Below the pieces are notes generated by a model that had not been told where the DNA came from, made no database searches, and worked only from the letters and a program-made list of their open reading frames with translations. From contig JAUVWW010000001.1 of assembly GCA_030603885.1 (NCBI GenBank), positions 70,716 through 134,715 of the forward strand: a stretch of 64,000 bases of DNA. Reading direction: 5' to 3'. Source of the DNA: a bacterium (GTDB lineage Bacteria; Patescibacteriota; JABMPQ01; JAUVWW01). Below, in pieces: positions 18,844 through 28,952 of this stretch. The first letter of the stretch is position 1. Each line of letters opens with the position of its first letter. The position numbers and the translations under genes were made by a program.

Positions 18844-19671
18844 ATGAAGTTTGATTTGAGAAACTGGAAATATCCCAATTTAAAAAAGTTTCTAGAAAAT
18901 CCTTTAACTATGGAAGGTTTAGATTATGATTTTAAAGAAAAAATACCAGATACTAGAGATGAAAAAGGGAAGCGAAGATTAAGAGAAAGTTTTTGTGCTT
19001 TTGCTAATAGTGATGGGGGTTATATATTTTTTGGAATAGATAACAATAAAAGACCTAAAGGAATATATGAGAGCGATTACGAATTTGAAACAAAACTTAA
19101 CAGAATTGTAACTAAAAAGATACTTCCCTCGATTCCTGTTTCAAATTGGCAGATCGCAAAAGATATTAATTTGCCAAGATCAGATGGAGTAGTGTTTGTA
19201 GTGCATATTTTCCCAAGTTTGAGTATCGACAAACCCCATATGACGTCTGAAAGAATTTTTATAAGAGAGCATGGGGAAACTAAGGCGCTAGATGATGGAA
19301 GAGATGTCCAAAAATTATTTGCTGTGAAGTTTAATCGTTATAACATCAAAGAATTAGAATACGACTTAGAAGAGATTAAGGAATGTAGGTTTACTCCTGA
19401 TGAGATAGATGTAATTTATTTAAAACAGTTAAAACATTATTTAGAAAACCAGATTAAGAAGAGAATCCCTGGGTTTCATAGTTTAGATTCTAAGTTAGAT
19501 AGGATCATGCAGTTGTACGAAGAGATAAAGAAAGAAATGTCTGAGGGATATAGAACAAATCAGGCTTCTAACGTTCTGAATAGTGAGAAGTTAATGAAGA
19601 AAGAAGGTTTATTAGGTTCTTCTGTGAAAGAGTTTTTAAAAGAATACAAAAATCTACATAACATACCATGA
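18844..19671 (+). CDS. AlbA_2 / Schlafen-like domain protein
   Basis: Core SFCAFANSDGGYIFFGIDNNKRPKGI matches the AlbA_2 signature (AFANt-GGyliiGvdd...G). Its stop overlaps the next start (ATGA). Confidence 0.7.
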   Translation: MKFDLRNWKYPNLKKFLENPLTMEGLDYDFKEKIPDTRDEKGKRRLRESFCAFANSDGGYIFFGIDNNKRPKGIYESDYEFETKLNRIVTKKILPSIPVSNWQIAKDINLPRSDGVVFVVHIFPSLSIDKPHMTSERIFIREHGETKALDDGRDVQKLFAVKFNRYNIKELEYDLEEIKECRFTPDEIDVIYLKQLKHYLENQIKKRIPGFHSLDSKLDRIMQLYEEIKKEMSEGYRTNQASNVLNSEKLMKKEGLLGSSVKEFLKEYKNLHNIP

Positions 19672-22600
19672 GTAAACAGGGTCAATACAATTACAGCGGA
19701 ATAAATTTCCAATCCTGGGCAGCAATGTCGTTGTTCTTGCAGTATTTGCGTGATTCTGATTTCTCACATATTTATTTGGAAGCCCCTGAGTTTCAAGATT
19801 TCAATTTAGTTTTTAATGATGGGAGAAAAATTATTTGCGAAGCAAAAAGTTGGAAGAAGAAATTTAGTTTTGCTGACTTAAGAAAAATTCTTACCTCTAT
19901 ACTAGATAAAGAAAATATAGGCAAAAATGATGAAGTTCTGATAATTTGCAGAAATTTAGATAAGAAATTAGAAAAAAAAGTTGAAAATATTAAATATTTT
20001 AGAGAGATCATTGCCCCTTATTTTAATAAGGAAAAGAGATTTTCAAAAGAAGAAATTGAAGTTTTACCTAAAGTAAATTTCTGGAAAGTTTCTGGAAAGA
20101 TTAATGAAAAAATCATATATTCCCTTTTTAGTGAATTATTGAATTTCTGGATACCAGAAGAAGATTTGAAGAGGATAGTAGACAGTATTTTAATGCAAAA
20201 AATTTATAAATGTTCTGCCAAGGGAACAGCATTTACAAGAATAGATCTTTTAATGGAAATAGAAAGTTTAAAAAGAGAGGTTATTGAGAAAAGCGGTGAT
20301 TTCGATGAAAATAGAAGGAAAATCGAAGATCAGCTTAAAGATGTGATCAAAGCAATTAAAGATAATAAATCATTAGTATGGACTCATGGCAGAGTTTCTG
20401 CACTTTCTGCTCAGCCGAATTTAATGTATTTTGTACTCCAAAAGTTTAAAGAGAAGAAAATTGATAAACTTGAGGACTGGAAAGACTTATGGGAGCTTAA
20501 TAAAGTATATGCGTTTTCTTTCGATATATTTAAAATTTTCGAGAGCAATCTTCATAACAGGAAAAACAGGGTATACATTTTAAAATTTATTAGAGAGAAT
20601 CTCCTGGGCTTTAGAAGGTTTTTTAGATCAGACTTCTTTGAAATGGGTGTAGTAAAAATTATGAATGGAGTCATAGAACAAGATAAAACTTTGCTTAATG
20701 AAGCTTTTGAAATTGTAAAGGAATTATTAAAAAGATACGAAAATGAATACTTCTATCTTAAAAGTAATCAAGATTCAGAATGGAGAAGAGGAGAAATTTG
20801 TAAATTACTTAAGAAGATTTATGAGAATAGCGATGAGAGTCTAAAAAACAGAATTTATGAATTAATAACTAATCATTTCAATCTAATTGCAGATGATAGC
20901 GAGTTTAGTTATTATACTCCCGAAGTTGTATTTAAAATTTTAGAAAATTGCTTAACAGATGGTTGGAATAAATTTGAAAAAAGATTTATTGAATTAAGTA
21001 AAATTTTAGCGGAGCAATATGAAAAGTTTTACAAGCGATTTGGTAAAAAAACAAAATTCAAGGGTTGGGAATTAATGGGTGGAGTAACTACGTCTTGGGG
21101 CCATGATTATAAAGTAATAGATAGACACTTTATTAGATTTACTTTAAAACCCGCATTAGGGAAATATTATAAAACTAACAAAAAGAGATGTTGGTCTTTT
21201 GTGATGGGAGAGTGTATTTCAACTACAAACAGAGTTAGTAGAAAGGGTCCTGATTTTTTGAATCGTGCTTCAGTTTCTATTATTTTGGATAGGTATAGAA
21301 ATAGAAATGCCAAAGTATCTAATAAAGCTTTTAGGATACTAAAAGAGTTTATTTTATCGTGGAAAGGCATACCTCATAAATCCGATTTAATTTATCAGGA
21401 GCTCCGCGGAGATTTCTCAGATGATAAGAAATGGAAATTAGTAAAAATAAGCATTGATAAATATAAACTGCCCATTAATTCTTTCGTGGAACAGATTGTT
21501 TTGGAGCTAGCTAAAAAGAGACATAAAAAATCAAAGGAAATATTGAGAGGTTGGATTAGAGATCCGAAGTATTATAAAAGAGGAATTTTTGAAAGAAATG
21601 TAATTGTAAATATTTCTCAATTTTTAGATGTTTCGTTTAATGAGGGGGTAGAGATGTTTAAGGATTTTATTAATGGAGATTATTTTCTAAAGAAAATGGA
21701 TTATTTTAATGCTTTTGAGGCAGCAAGAGTATTAAATAAAATTATAGATAGAAATTTCAACACAGGGTTAGAAATTCTCGAAACCTTATCTCAAAAATTA
21801 AAATTAACCGATAACGAACAAATTTTATTGTGTAGTAGCTTGACTGACAAAGACGATTCTAAACAAGAAAATAAAAAGGTTTTAATAAAGATTTATGAAG
21901 AGTTTTTGGGTCCATTCTTAGATAGTTTAGATAATGATATTAAAAAAATTGAAAAGAGAATTACTCGGCCACAATCTAGAGAAGCAATTGTAGAATTTGC
22001 TGATGCCCTGGTTAAACATCAGAAAATTCCAGAGGCAATGAGAATAGTAAGATTGTTTGTTAATGATTCTGATCCTTGTACTCCGGAGAAGGTCGATTCT
22101 GAAGATCTCAAGGGAGAATATGATAAACATAAACAAATTGAGCAAGGCGAAGATACTCTTACTATTAATACTGTAAGAGGTCGGTGTGCTTGGGTATTAA
22201 TGAATTGTGCAGTTTTGGCTGGTAGGGACCATATCGAGGAAATTATTAATTTAACAGAAAAATTAACAAAAGACAAAAATTACTATATTCAATGGATGTC
22301 TTGCCATTCTTTATCTCAATTAGCAAGAAATCGGCTTACAATAATGCCTGAAAATAAAAAAGAACTATTCTTTAATAAAGATAGAGAAAAAGCATTGAAA
22401 ATGGCTAAAAGAGTTGAAAAAATCGCTTTTGAATTATTAGAAAAATTCTCTAAGCTAGGACCCAAGCCAAGAGATGTTTTGATGAGAGCATTACTAAAAG
22501 TATTTGATCATATAAGAGGATTAAACCAGAAAGATGCAAGATTATTACTAAAGAAAATTTCCAAATGCGGAGAGAAAGTTTTTAGTGAAGCCGCTCCATT

Positions 22601-23300
22601 GTTTATTTACTTTGCTGAATTTAGACAAAAAGATTTTAAGAATTGGAAATGGCAGATGCCAGAATTATACGATGATTTGGAAAATTTCGACAATAAAGAA
22701 TTCCAAAAGTTTTTAGAAAATATTCTTAAGAAGAGAAATTCAAAAATTAATTCTCATTTTGCTTGGCGTTTCTGGAAGCTTACAAAGGAATCTGTGTCGG
22801 ATAAGGCAGATATAAAAAATGTGGTTAAATATAGCGAAGCATTCGAAATATCCGACAGATATTTGAATATTCTTTCAGATAGCTACGACCATCAAACATT
22901 TAAAAATATTTATTACTTTATTCGAGAGAATGTTGATAAGCGATTTAAAGAGTGTTATAAACTTTGGCGAAAGTGCCTAGCAAAAGAAAAGCCTGTTATG
23001 GAAAAGTTAATAAAAGAGGAGAAAATATACGAAACATCTTGGTGGCCATTTTATCATAACGACGAAATCTTAACAATCATCAAACAAAAAGCTGGTAATA
23101 AAGAATTTTTGAATTCTTTTGAATTTTTATTGAATTATCCAAATGAGGCTAACATTGGTGATATAAAAAATGTAGTCGAAGTTTTGCAGAGTTTACCATC
23201 CAAGTATAATCAGAGAGTAGAAAAAATCTTTGAAATGTTGATAGATAGAGATCCAAATTTCTATGACATAAAAGAAAGCTGGGTAGAAAGAGAGAAATAG
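19668..23300 (+). CDS. large (1210 aa) uncharacterised protein: N-terminal PD-(D/E)xK-like motif plus a long alpha-helical repeat body, no P-loop
   Basis: N-terminal GINFQSW...IYLE...DFNLVFNDGRKIICEAKSWKK, a D...E-x-K arrangement reminiscent of DUF4297/NERD-type nucleases. No GxxxxGK[ST] anywhere. K/E/L-rich helical sequence throughout. Confidence 0.6.
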   Translation: MSKQGQYNYSGINFQSWAAMSLFLQYLRDSDFSHIYLEAPEFQDFNLVFNDGRKIICEAKSWKKKFSFADLRKILTSILDKENIGKNDEVLIICRNLDKKLEKKVENIKYFREIIAPYFNKEKRFSKEEIEVLPKVNFWKVSGKINEKIIYSLFSELLNFWIPEEDLKRIVDSILMQKIYKCSAKGTAFTRIDLLMEIESLKREVIEKSGDFDENRRKIEDQLKDVIKAIKDNKSLVWTHGRVSALSAQPNLMYFVLQKFKEKKIDKLEDWKDLWELNKVYAFSFDIFKIFESNLHNRKNRVYILKFIRENLLGFRRFFRSDFFEMGVVKIMNGVIEQDKTLLNEAFEIVKELLKRYENEYFYLKSNQDSEWRRGEICKLLKKIYENSDESLKNRIYELITNHFNLIADDSEFSYYTPEVVFKILENCLTDGWNKFEKRFIELSKILAEQYEKFYKRFGKKTKFKGWELMGGVTTSWGHDYKVIDRHFIRFTLKPALGKYYKTNKKRCWSFVMGECISTTNRVSRKGPDFLNRASVSIILDRYRNRNAKVSNKAFRILKEFILSWKGIPHKSDLIYQELRGDFSDDKKWKLVKISIDKYKLPINSFVEQIVLELAKKRHKKSKEILRGWIRDPKYYKRGIFERNVIVNISQFLDVSFNEGVEMFKDFINGDYFLKKMDYFNAFEAARVLNKIIDRNFNTGLEILETLSQKLKLTDNEQILLCSSLTDKDDSKQENKKVLIKIYEEFLGPFLDSLDNDIKKIEKRITRPQSREAIVEFADALVKHQKIPEAMRIVRLFVNDSDPCTPEKVDSEDLKGEYDKHKQIEQGEDTLTINTVRGRCAWVLMNCAVLAGRDHIEEIINLTEKLTKDKNYYIQWMSCHSLSQLARNRLTIMPENKKELFFNKDREKALKMAKRVEKIAFELLEKFSKLGPKPRDVLMRALLKVFDHIRGLNQKDARLLLKKISKCGEKVFSEAAPLFIYFAEFRQKDFKNWKWQMPELYDDLENFDNKEFQKFLENILKKRNSKINSHFAWRFWKLTKESVSDKADIKNVVKYSEAFEISDRYLNILSDSYDHQTFKNIYYFIRENVDKRFKECYKLWRKCLAKEKPVMEKLIKEEKIYETSWWPFYHNDEILTIIKQKAGNKEFLNSFEFLLNYPNEANIGDIKNVVEVLQSLPSKYNQRVEKIFEMLIDRDPNFYDIKESWVEREK

Positions 23301-23461
23301 GGATGGTTCTATTTTTCTAGATCCACTCACCAAAAAATCCCCTCCCTAACGTACCAATCTTTTAAGCTCCACAAAGAATCAAGAGAATTAATTGAGGAGG
23401 CGAAGAGGGAGGTGGAAAATTTAATTAAGAAATAATTTATGGAAATTTCAAGATAAGTTAC

Positions 23462-23995
23462 ATGAAAACTTTTTTCTTCATCCTCAGCCTCGTTTTTGTT
23501 ATCCTCCTTCAGGTAGCTTTTTTGCCTCATTTTACTTTATATCAAGCTATACCTAATTTAATCTTGGCAGTTCTTGTTTCTTGGTGTATACTTCAGAGTT
23601 ACAATCAAGCTTATGTATTAGCTTTCCTAGCGGGCCTATCTTTGGATCTTTACTCCGGAACTTTGTTTGGAATACATACTCTGACGCTAGTTTGCGTAGC
23701 CTTGATTACTTATTTAATTACTCAGCATTTTCTAAATAAAGACGATTTATTTACTAGACTAATGATAATTATTTTGGCTACTTTAGGCTATCAGTTTATA
23801 TTTTTAGGCTTTACATTTTTAGCCAAGCTATTACACTTAGTGGATTACAGTATCCCTTTATCCAACCAATATCTTGGTTTTCTTCTCTGGCAAATTCTAG
23901 TTAATGCTATAGTTTTACTTATAATTTTCCCTATGATAAAAGCTAGCCATAATTTTTTGCTGAGACATGAAAAGAGGGCAAGAGTCGAAGTATAA
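23462..23995 (+). CDS. mreD: rod shape-determining protein MreD
   Basis: Five-TM small protein with an MreD-like AFLAGLSLDLYSGTLFGIHTL motif. It lies immediately upstream of PBP2. Confidence 0.75.
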   Translation: MKTFFFILSLVFVILLQVAFLPHFTLYQAIPNLILAVLVSWCILQSYNQAYVLAFLAGLSLDLYSGTLFGIHTLTLVCVALITYLITQHFLNKDDLFTRLMIIILATLGYQFIFLGFTFLAKLLHLVDYSIPLSNQYLGFLLWQILVNAIVLLIIFPMIKASHNFLLRHEKRARVEV

Positions 23996-23997
23996 AC

Positions 23998-25956
23998 ATG
24001 ACTAATATGAAGGATCCATTTTCAACACCCAACTATCTTTCAGACAAAGAATCAAAAGGCAAAAAAATTACTCCTTCCAAGAGAGGGGATGAGTGGGAGG
24101 AGAGTCTTTTTGAAACAGACGAAGAAGAGGAAGTAAGAACTGTTCAACCTCTTTTTAATTATGCCAAAATAAAATGGCTGTATTTAATAGCCATTTTAGT
24201 CTTTTTAGTCCTAGCAAGTAGAATTTTTTATTTACAAGTTGTAGCTTCTGATGAATTCAGGCAGGCAGCTGAAGAAAATCGTTTTAGGGTCCATGTTATT
24301 CGGGCTCCCAGAGGAATAGTTTTAGATAGCCAAAGAAACCTTTTGGTTCGCAATATTCCTAGTTTTGATATTATAGCTATTCCAGCTGATCTACCCAAGG
24401 ATGAAAATGATAGGAGACAACTTTGGTCTACCTTAATGTCTAAAATTGACATTTCACAAGATGAACTAAACCAAGCTCTTTTAGATATAAATTATACTTC
24501 CTGGCAACCTATTTTGATTAAAAAGGGTATCCTGAGAGATCAAGCCTTGATTTTAGAAACTCAACTTCAAGATCTCCCAGGCATAGTACTAGAGAAAAAT
24601 CCTATCAGAGAATATTCTGAGGCTGAGTTTTTTGCTCACATCCTAGGCTATACTGGAAAAATTAGTCAGGAGGAATTAGAAAAAAGAGAAGATTATTTAC
24701 TAAACGACTACATAGGAAAATCAGGGCTGGAGTTATATTATGAAGATACTTTACGAGGAAAGAATGGGAAAGAGCAAGTGGAAGTGGCAGCTGGAGGTAA
24801 GCAGGAAAGGATTTTAGCTACAGAAGAGCCTATAACTGGTAGTGATTTGGTTCTATCGATAGAGAGAGATTTACAGAAAAAGATGCATGAACTTCTGAAA
24901 AATGGAATGGTTAAAGCAGGGTCCTCCAAAGCAGCTGCCATAGCTTTAGATCCCAGAAATGGTGAAATTTTAGGAATAGTTAGTCTTCCTTCTTATGATA
25001 ATAATTTATTTGCCAAAGGTATTAGTGAGGAAGACTACCAAAGATTAGCTCAGGATCAAGATCGACCTCTTTTCTCAAGAGATATATCCGGAACATATCC
25101 CCCTGGTTCTACTATAAAGCCAGTTATGGCGGCAGCAGGATTACAAGAGGGTGTAATTACCAGAAATACCATTATTAATGATACAGGCGTTATTACTGTG
25201 CCTCATGAATATAATCCTGATATTACCTATACTTATTACGGCTGGGCTAGAGGAGGGCTTGGTCCAATGAACGTAATTTCTGCTATTGCTAAGTCTTCGG
25301 ATATATATTTTTATACTGTAGGAGGAGGGCAAGAATCTTTGGGAATTAAAGGTTTAGGAGCAGAAAAAATTGCCGAATATTTTAAAAAATTTGGACTAGA
25401 GTCTAAGCTAGGCATTGATTTACCCAATGAAGCAGAGGGTCTTGTTCCTACTCCAGAGTGGAAAGAGAAAGCAAAAGGAGAAATGTGGTATTTAGGAAAT
25501 ACCTATCACGAGTCTATTGGACAAGGGGATGTACTAGTAAGTCCTCTGCAAGTGGTTTCTTGGACAGCAACCATTGCCAATGGAGGAAGATTATATAAAC
25601 CTCATCTAGTTAGACAAATTATTAACCCTGATGGTTCTACCCAAAATACTCAACCAGAAGTTATTCGATCAGATTTTATTTCAAGTTATAACATCAATTT
25701 GGCCCGCCAAGGAATGAGAGAAGCAGTCCTTTCGGGTTCAAGCGTAGCTTTAACTGATTTACCTATTGCAGCAGCTGGAAAAACAGGCACGGCTGAAACA
25801 GGCAAAGGAACTACTCATGCCTGGTTTATCTGTTTTGCTCCCTATGAAAATCCAGAAATTGCTCTTGTAGTTTTAATTGAAAAAGGAGGAGAAGGACACG
25901 AAACAGCAGTGCCTATAGCTAAAGAAATTTTGAAATGGTGGTTTGAGAATAAATAA
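23998..25956 (+). CDS. mrdA: penicillin-binding protein 2 (peptidoglycan D,D-transpeptidase)
   Basis: N-terminal TM, a PBP dimerisation domain, and transpeptidase motifs STIKP (SxxK), SSD/SxN region and KTGTAE (KTG). Confidence 0.88.
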   Translation: MTNMKDPFSTPNYLSDKESKGKKITPSKRGDEWEESLFETDEEEEVRTVQPLFNYAKIKWLYLIAILVFLVLASRIFYLQVVASDEFRQAAEENRFRVHVIRAPRGIVLDSQRNLLVRNIPSFDIIAIPADLPKDENDRRQLWSTLMSKIDISQDELNQALLDINYTSWQPILIKKGILRDQALILETQLQDLPGIVLEKNPIREYSEAEFFAHILGYTGKISQEELEKREDYLLNDYIGKSGLELYYEDTLRGKNGKEQVEVAAGGKQERILATEEPITGSDLVLSIERDLQKKMHELLKNGMVKAGSSKAAAIALDPRNGEILGIVSLPSYDNNLFAKGISEEDYQRLAQDQDRPLFSRDISGTYPPGSTIKPVMAAAGLQEGVITRNTIINDTGVITVPHEYNPDITYTYYGWARGGLGPMNVISAIAKSSDIYFYTVGGGQESLGIKGLGAEKIAEYFKKFGLESKLGIDLPNEAEGLVPTPEWKEKAKGEMWYLGNTYHESIGQGDVLVSPLQVVSWTATIANGGRLYKPHLVRQIINPDGSTQNTQPEVIRSDFISSYNINLARQGMREAVLSGSSVALTDLPIAAAGKTGTAETGKGTTHAWFICFAPYENPEIALVVLIEKGGEGHETAVPIAKEILKWWFENK

Positions 25957-25957
25957 T

Positions 25958-26806
25958 ATGACCATCAACGGTCAAAAAATAGCAGAAAATATTCTAAAAA
26001 GGCTGAAAAAACAAGTTTTGGATTTGAAGAAAAAAGGTATTGTTCCTAAACTTGCTGTAGTTTTAGTTGGTCAAGATAAACCATCTTTAGCTTATGTGCA
26101 TCAAAAAGAAAAAGCCTGTGATAAGGTTGGAATAGGTTTTAAACTTTATAAGTTTCCTAAGAAAATAAAAACAGAAACTCTATGTCGGAAAGTTAAGGCT
26201 ATCCAGAGACAGAAATTATCAGGTTTAATTGTTCAGCTTCCTTTACCTCGACATCTCAATACTCAAGCTGTCTTGGATTTTGTAGACCCAAAGATCGATG
26301 TTGATTGCCTTACTTCTTATAATATTGGCAAACTAGCTACAGAAACCCAAGAGATTCTACCTCCCACTTGTGGGGCTATCATGGACTTACTTAAAGCTTA
26401 CAAGATAGATTTAAAAGGAAAGCATGTAGTAGTGGTGGGAAGAGGGGACCTTGTGGGAAAGCCATTGAGCATCTTACTAACTCAAAAGCTTATTACTTTA
26501 ACTATCTGTACCAAGTTTACAAAAAATCTAGGCAAATTAACTAAACAGGCTGATGTTCTTATTTCTGGGGTAGGAAAGCCGAATTTAATTAGGGCTAGCA
26601 TGATAAAAAGAGGAGCCGTAGTTATTGATGCTGGATTTTACAAACGAGATAAAAAAGTGTATGGTGATGTAGATTTTGAGAAAGTGGTCAAGAAAGCCTC
26701 AAAAATTAGCCCGGTTCCAGGCGGAGTAGGACCAGTCACAGTAGCCAAATTATTAGAAAATGTTGTAAAATGCGCTAGTTTAAGCCAAAAATCAGGTTGT
26801 GGATAA
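25958..26806 (+). CDS. folD: bifunctional methylene-THF dehydrogenase/cyclohydrolase
   Basis: FolD motifs (VGQDKPSLAYV, VVVVGRGDLVGKP, PVPGGVGPVTVA). I chose the ATG at 25958 over the ORF-track TTG at 25943. Confidence 0.88.
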   Translation: MTINGQKIAENILKRLKKQVLDLKKKGIVPKLAVVLVGQDKPSLAYVHQKEKACDKVGIGFKLYKFPKKIKTETLCRKVKAIQRQKLSGLIVQLPLPRHLNTQAVLDFVDPKIDVDCLTSYNIGKLATETQEILPPTCGAIMDLLKAYKIDLKGKHVVVVGRGDLVGKPLSILLTQKLITLTICTKFTKNLGKLTKQADVLISGVGKPNLIRASMIKRGAVVIDAGFYKRDKKVYGDVDFEKVVKKASKISPVPGGVGPVTVAKLLENVVKCASLSQKSGCG

Positions 26807-26913
26807 CTTCGCTTGACAACATGTCTAGCTTGTAATAAACTCGGTTTATATTTTAAAGAGCCCTTTTTATTTTTGGGCACTTTTTAATGAACTTAATTAT
26901 TAATGAGTAAATC

Positions 26914-27369
26914 ATGGCTAAGAAGTTCATTACTCGAGAAGGATTAGAAAAACTAAAACAAAAATTAGACTATCTGAAATCACATCGTCGAAAGGAAATG
27001 GCTTTGCGTATCAAAAAATTAATTGAGCAGGGAGATATTGTAGAAAGTCCAGCCTATGATCAAGCACAGAATGAACTTCAAGAAGCGGAAGGAGAAATCC
27101 AACAGCTAGAAAATACTATTAAAAATTTGGTGGTTGCCAAAGTCAAAGAGAAGGATGTGGTTAATTTAGGCTCAAAAGTGACACTGCGCTATGATAAAAA
27201 CACAATAGAATATACAATAGTTGGTTTTGATGAAGCTGATCTTAGCCAAAACAAAATATCTTATGAGTCACCTATAGGACAAGCCCTCCTGAATCATAAG
27301 AGAGGGGATGTAGTAGAGGTGCAGACTCCAAAGGGCATGGTTAGATATAAGATATTGAGTGTGGATTAA
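26914..27369 (+). CDS. greA: transcription elongation factor GreA
   Basis: N-terminal coiled-coil with acidic tip plus a C-terminal FKBP-like domain. Confidence 0.88.
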   Translation: MAKKFITREGLEKLKQKLDYLKSHRRKEMALRIKKLIEQGDIVESPAYDQAQNELQEAEGEIQQLENTIKNLVVAKVKEKDVVNLGSKVTLRYDKNTIEYTIVGFDEADLSQNKISYESPIGQALLNHKRGDVVEVQTPKGMVRYKILSVD

Positions 27370-27396
27370 AATATATAACACATTGTATATAACATA

Positions 27397-27425
27397 AGTC
27401 CCGAGATAGGCTCGGGACTTTGATT
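27397..27425 (+). terminator. Rho-independent terminator after greA
   Basis: Perfect 9-bp stem agtcccgag / ctcgggact with loop atagg, followed by TTTGATT. Confidence 0.7.
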
Positions 27426-27482
27426 ATATATTTATTTTTGCTATACTAAAATCATACTAACATTTAAACATATAAACATAAC

Positions 27483-28952
27483 ATGCAGAAGAAATTAGAA
27501 GAGCTAAAAGCTTCTCGCTTAGAAAAACTAAAGGAAATTAGGAAAGCTAGTATTAATCCCTATCCTCAGAAAGGAAATAGGACTCATACTTTAGAAGAAG
27601 CAAGTAAAGATTTTGACAAGCTGCAGGATAAAAGTATAACTCTCTGTGGAAGACTAAGGCTCCTCCGTAGTCATGGAAAAGCTACCTTTGCGCACATTGG
27701 AGACGAATCAGGAAAATTACAGATATACTTGAAATATGACCAGCTAGGAAAGGAAAAATATAAATTCTTTAAAAACTTTGATATTGGTGATTTTATAGAA
27801 GTTAAGGGCGAGCTTTTTAAAACTAAAACTTCAGAAAAAACCCTAAGAGTAGAAGATTTTAGAATGTTGGCCAAAGCTATTCGTCCTCTTCCTGAAAAAT
27901 GGCATGGAATAAAAGAGAAAGAAGTAAGATATAGAAAAAGATATTTAGATTTGTTGATGAATCCCGATGTCAATGAGGTTTTTAGAAAAAGAGCTAAAAT
28001 AGTAAATCTGATCAGGGATTTTATGGAAAAACATGGCTTTTTAGAAGTGGATACTCCGGTTCTTCAGCCAGTCTATGGAGGAGCCTTTGCTAAACCATTT
28101 CAGACGACTCTTGATAGTTTGCATATGAAAGTCTATTTGAGAATTGCCAATGAGCTTTATCTAAAACGTCTTATCATTGGAGGCTATGAAAAAATCTATG
28201 AATTCTCCAAAGATTTTAGAAATGAAGGCATTGACAAAACTCACAATCCAGAATTTACCCAGGTAGAATTTTATTGGGCCTATAAAGATTACAATGATAT
28301 TATGAAGTTTGTTGAGGAATTATATTCTCATTTAGCTAAAGAGATCTTGGGTAGTCTAAAAATAAAATATCAAGGAAAAATGGTTGATTTTACTCCACCC
28401 TTCAAAAGACTAAAATTTGTTGATGCTTTGGAGAAATATTCTGGTATCAAGGGTATCTTAGATATGTCAAAAGATGAGCTTCTTAAAAAAGTTAAGAGTT
28501 TAAAAATAAAAGAACTAGAAGAGAAGAAGCATACTACCAAAGCTGAAATCTTAGAAGATCTTTTTGATTATTTTGTTCAGGACAAACTTTGGCATCCTAC
28601 TTTTGTTATTGATCATCCAAAGGAAACTACGCCCCTAGCTAAAGTCCATCGATCCGATCCTCGACTAGTGGAGAGGGTAGAGCCATGTATTTGTGGCATA
28701 GAGCTAGGAAATGGATTTACCGAACTTAATGATCCAGTTGATCAAAGAAAGAGATTTGAAGAGCAGCTTGAGGCAAGAAAAAAGGGAGCTTTAGAAACTC
28801 ATCCCTTGGACAAAGACTTTCTTGAAGCTATAGAATATGGTATGCCTCCCACAGGTGGTATGGGTATTCCCATTGATAGATTAACCATGATTCTAACGGA
28901 TTCTCCATCGATTAGAGATGTGATTTTGTTTCCCTTTATGAAGCAAAAATGA
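27483..28952 (+). CDS. lysS: lysyl-tRNA synthetase (class II)
   Basis: N-terminal OB-fold anticodon-binding domain. Class II core with NPEFTQVEFYWAY and GGMGIPIDRL motifs. Confidence 0.9.
   Translation: MQKKLEELKASRLEKLKEIRKASINPYPQKGNRTHTLEEASKDFDKLQDKSITLCGRLRLLRSHGKATFAHIGDESGKLQIYLKYDQLGKEKYKFFKNFDIGDFIEVKGELFKTKTSEKTLRVEDFRMLAKAIRPLPEKWHGIKEKEVRYRKRYLDLLMNPDVNEVFRKRAKIVNLIRDFMEKHGFLEVDTPVLQPVYGGAFAKPFQTTLDSLHMKVYLRIANELYLKRLIIGGYEKIYEFSKDFRNEGIDKTHNPEFTQVEFYWAYKDYNDIMKFVEELYSHLAKEILGSLKIKYQGKMVDFTPPFKRLKFVDALEKYSGIKGILDMSKDELLKKVKSLKIKELEEKKHTTKAEILEDLFDYFVQDKLWHPTFVIDHPKETTPLAKVHRSDPRLVERVEPCICGIELGNGFTELNDPVDQRKRFEEQLEARKKGALETHPLDKDFLEAIEYGMPPTGGMGIPIDRLTMILTDSPSIRDVILFPFMKQK

Noticed and set aside
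19668-23300. The 1210-aa protein as a STAND/Avs-type NTPase or BrxC-like ATPase
   Set aside because: There is no Walker A (GxxxxGK[ST]) anywhere in the sequence. Candidate GK pairs (FGKKTK, LGKYYK) lack the glycine spacing.
16014-23461. Integrase, transposase or att repeats flanking the island
   Set aside because: No recombinase-like ORF is present and I could find no convincing direct repeat at the two junctions. The mobility mechanism is unassigned.
26807-26913. greA promoter (TTGACA at 26814 with TAATAA downstream)
   Set aside because: The hexamer spacing is 14 or 16 nt and off-consensus, too uncertain to list as a feature.
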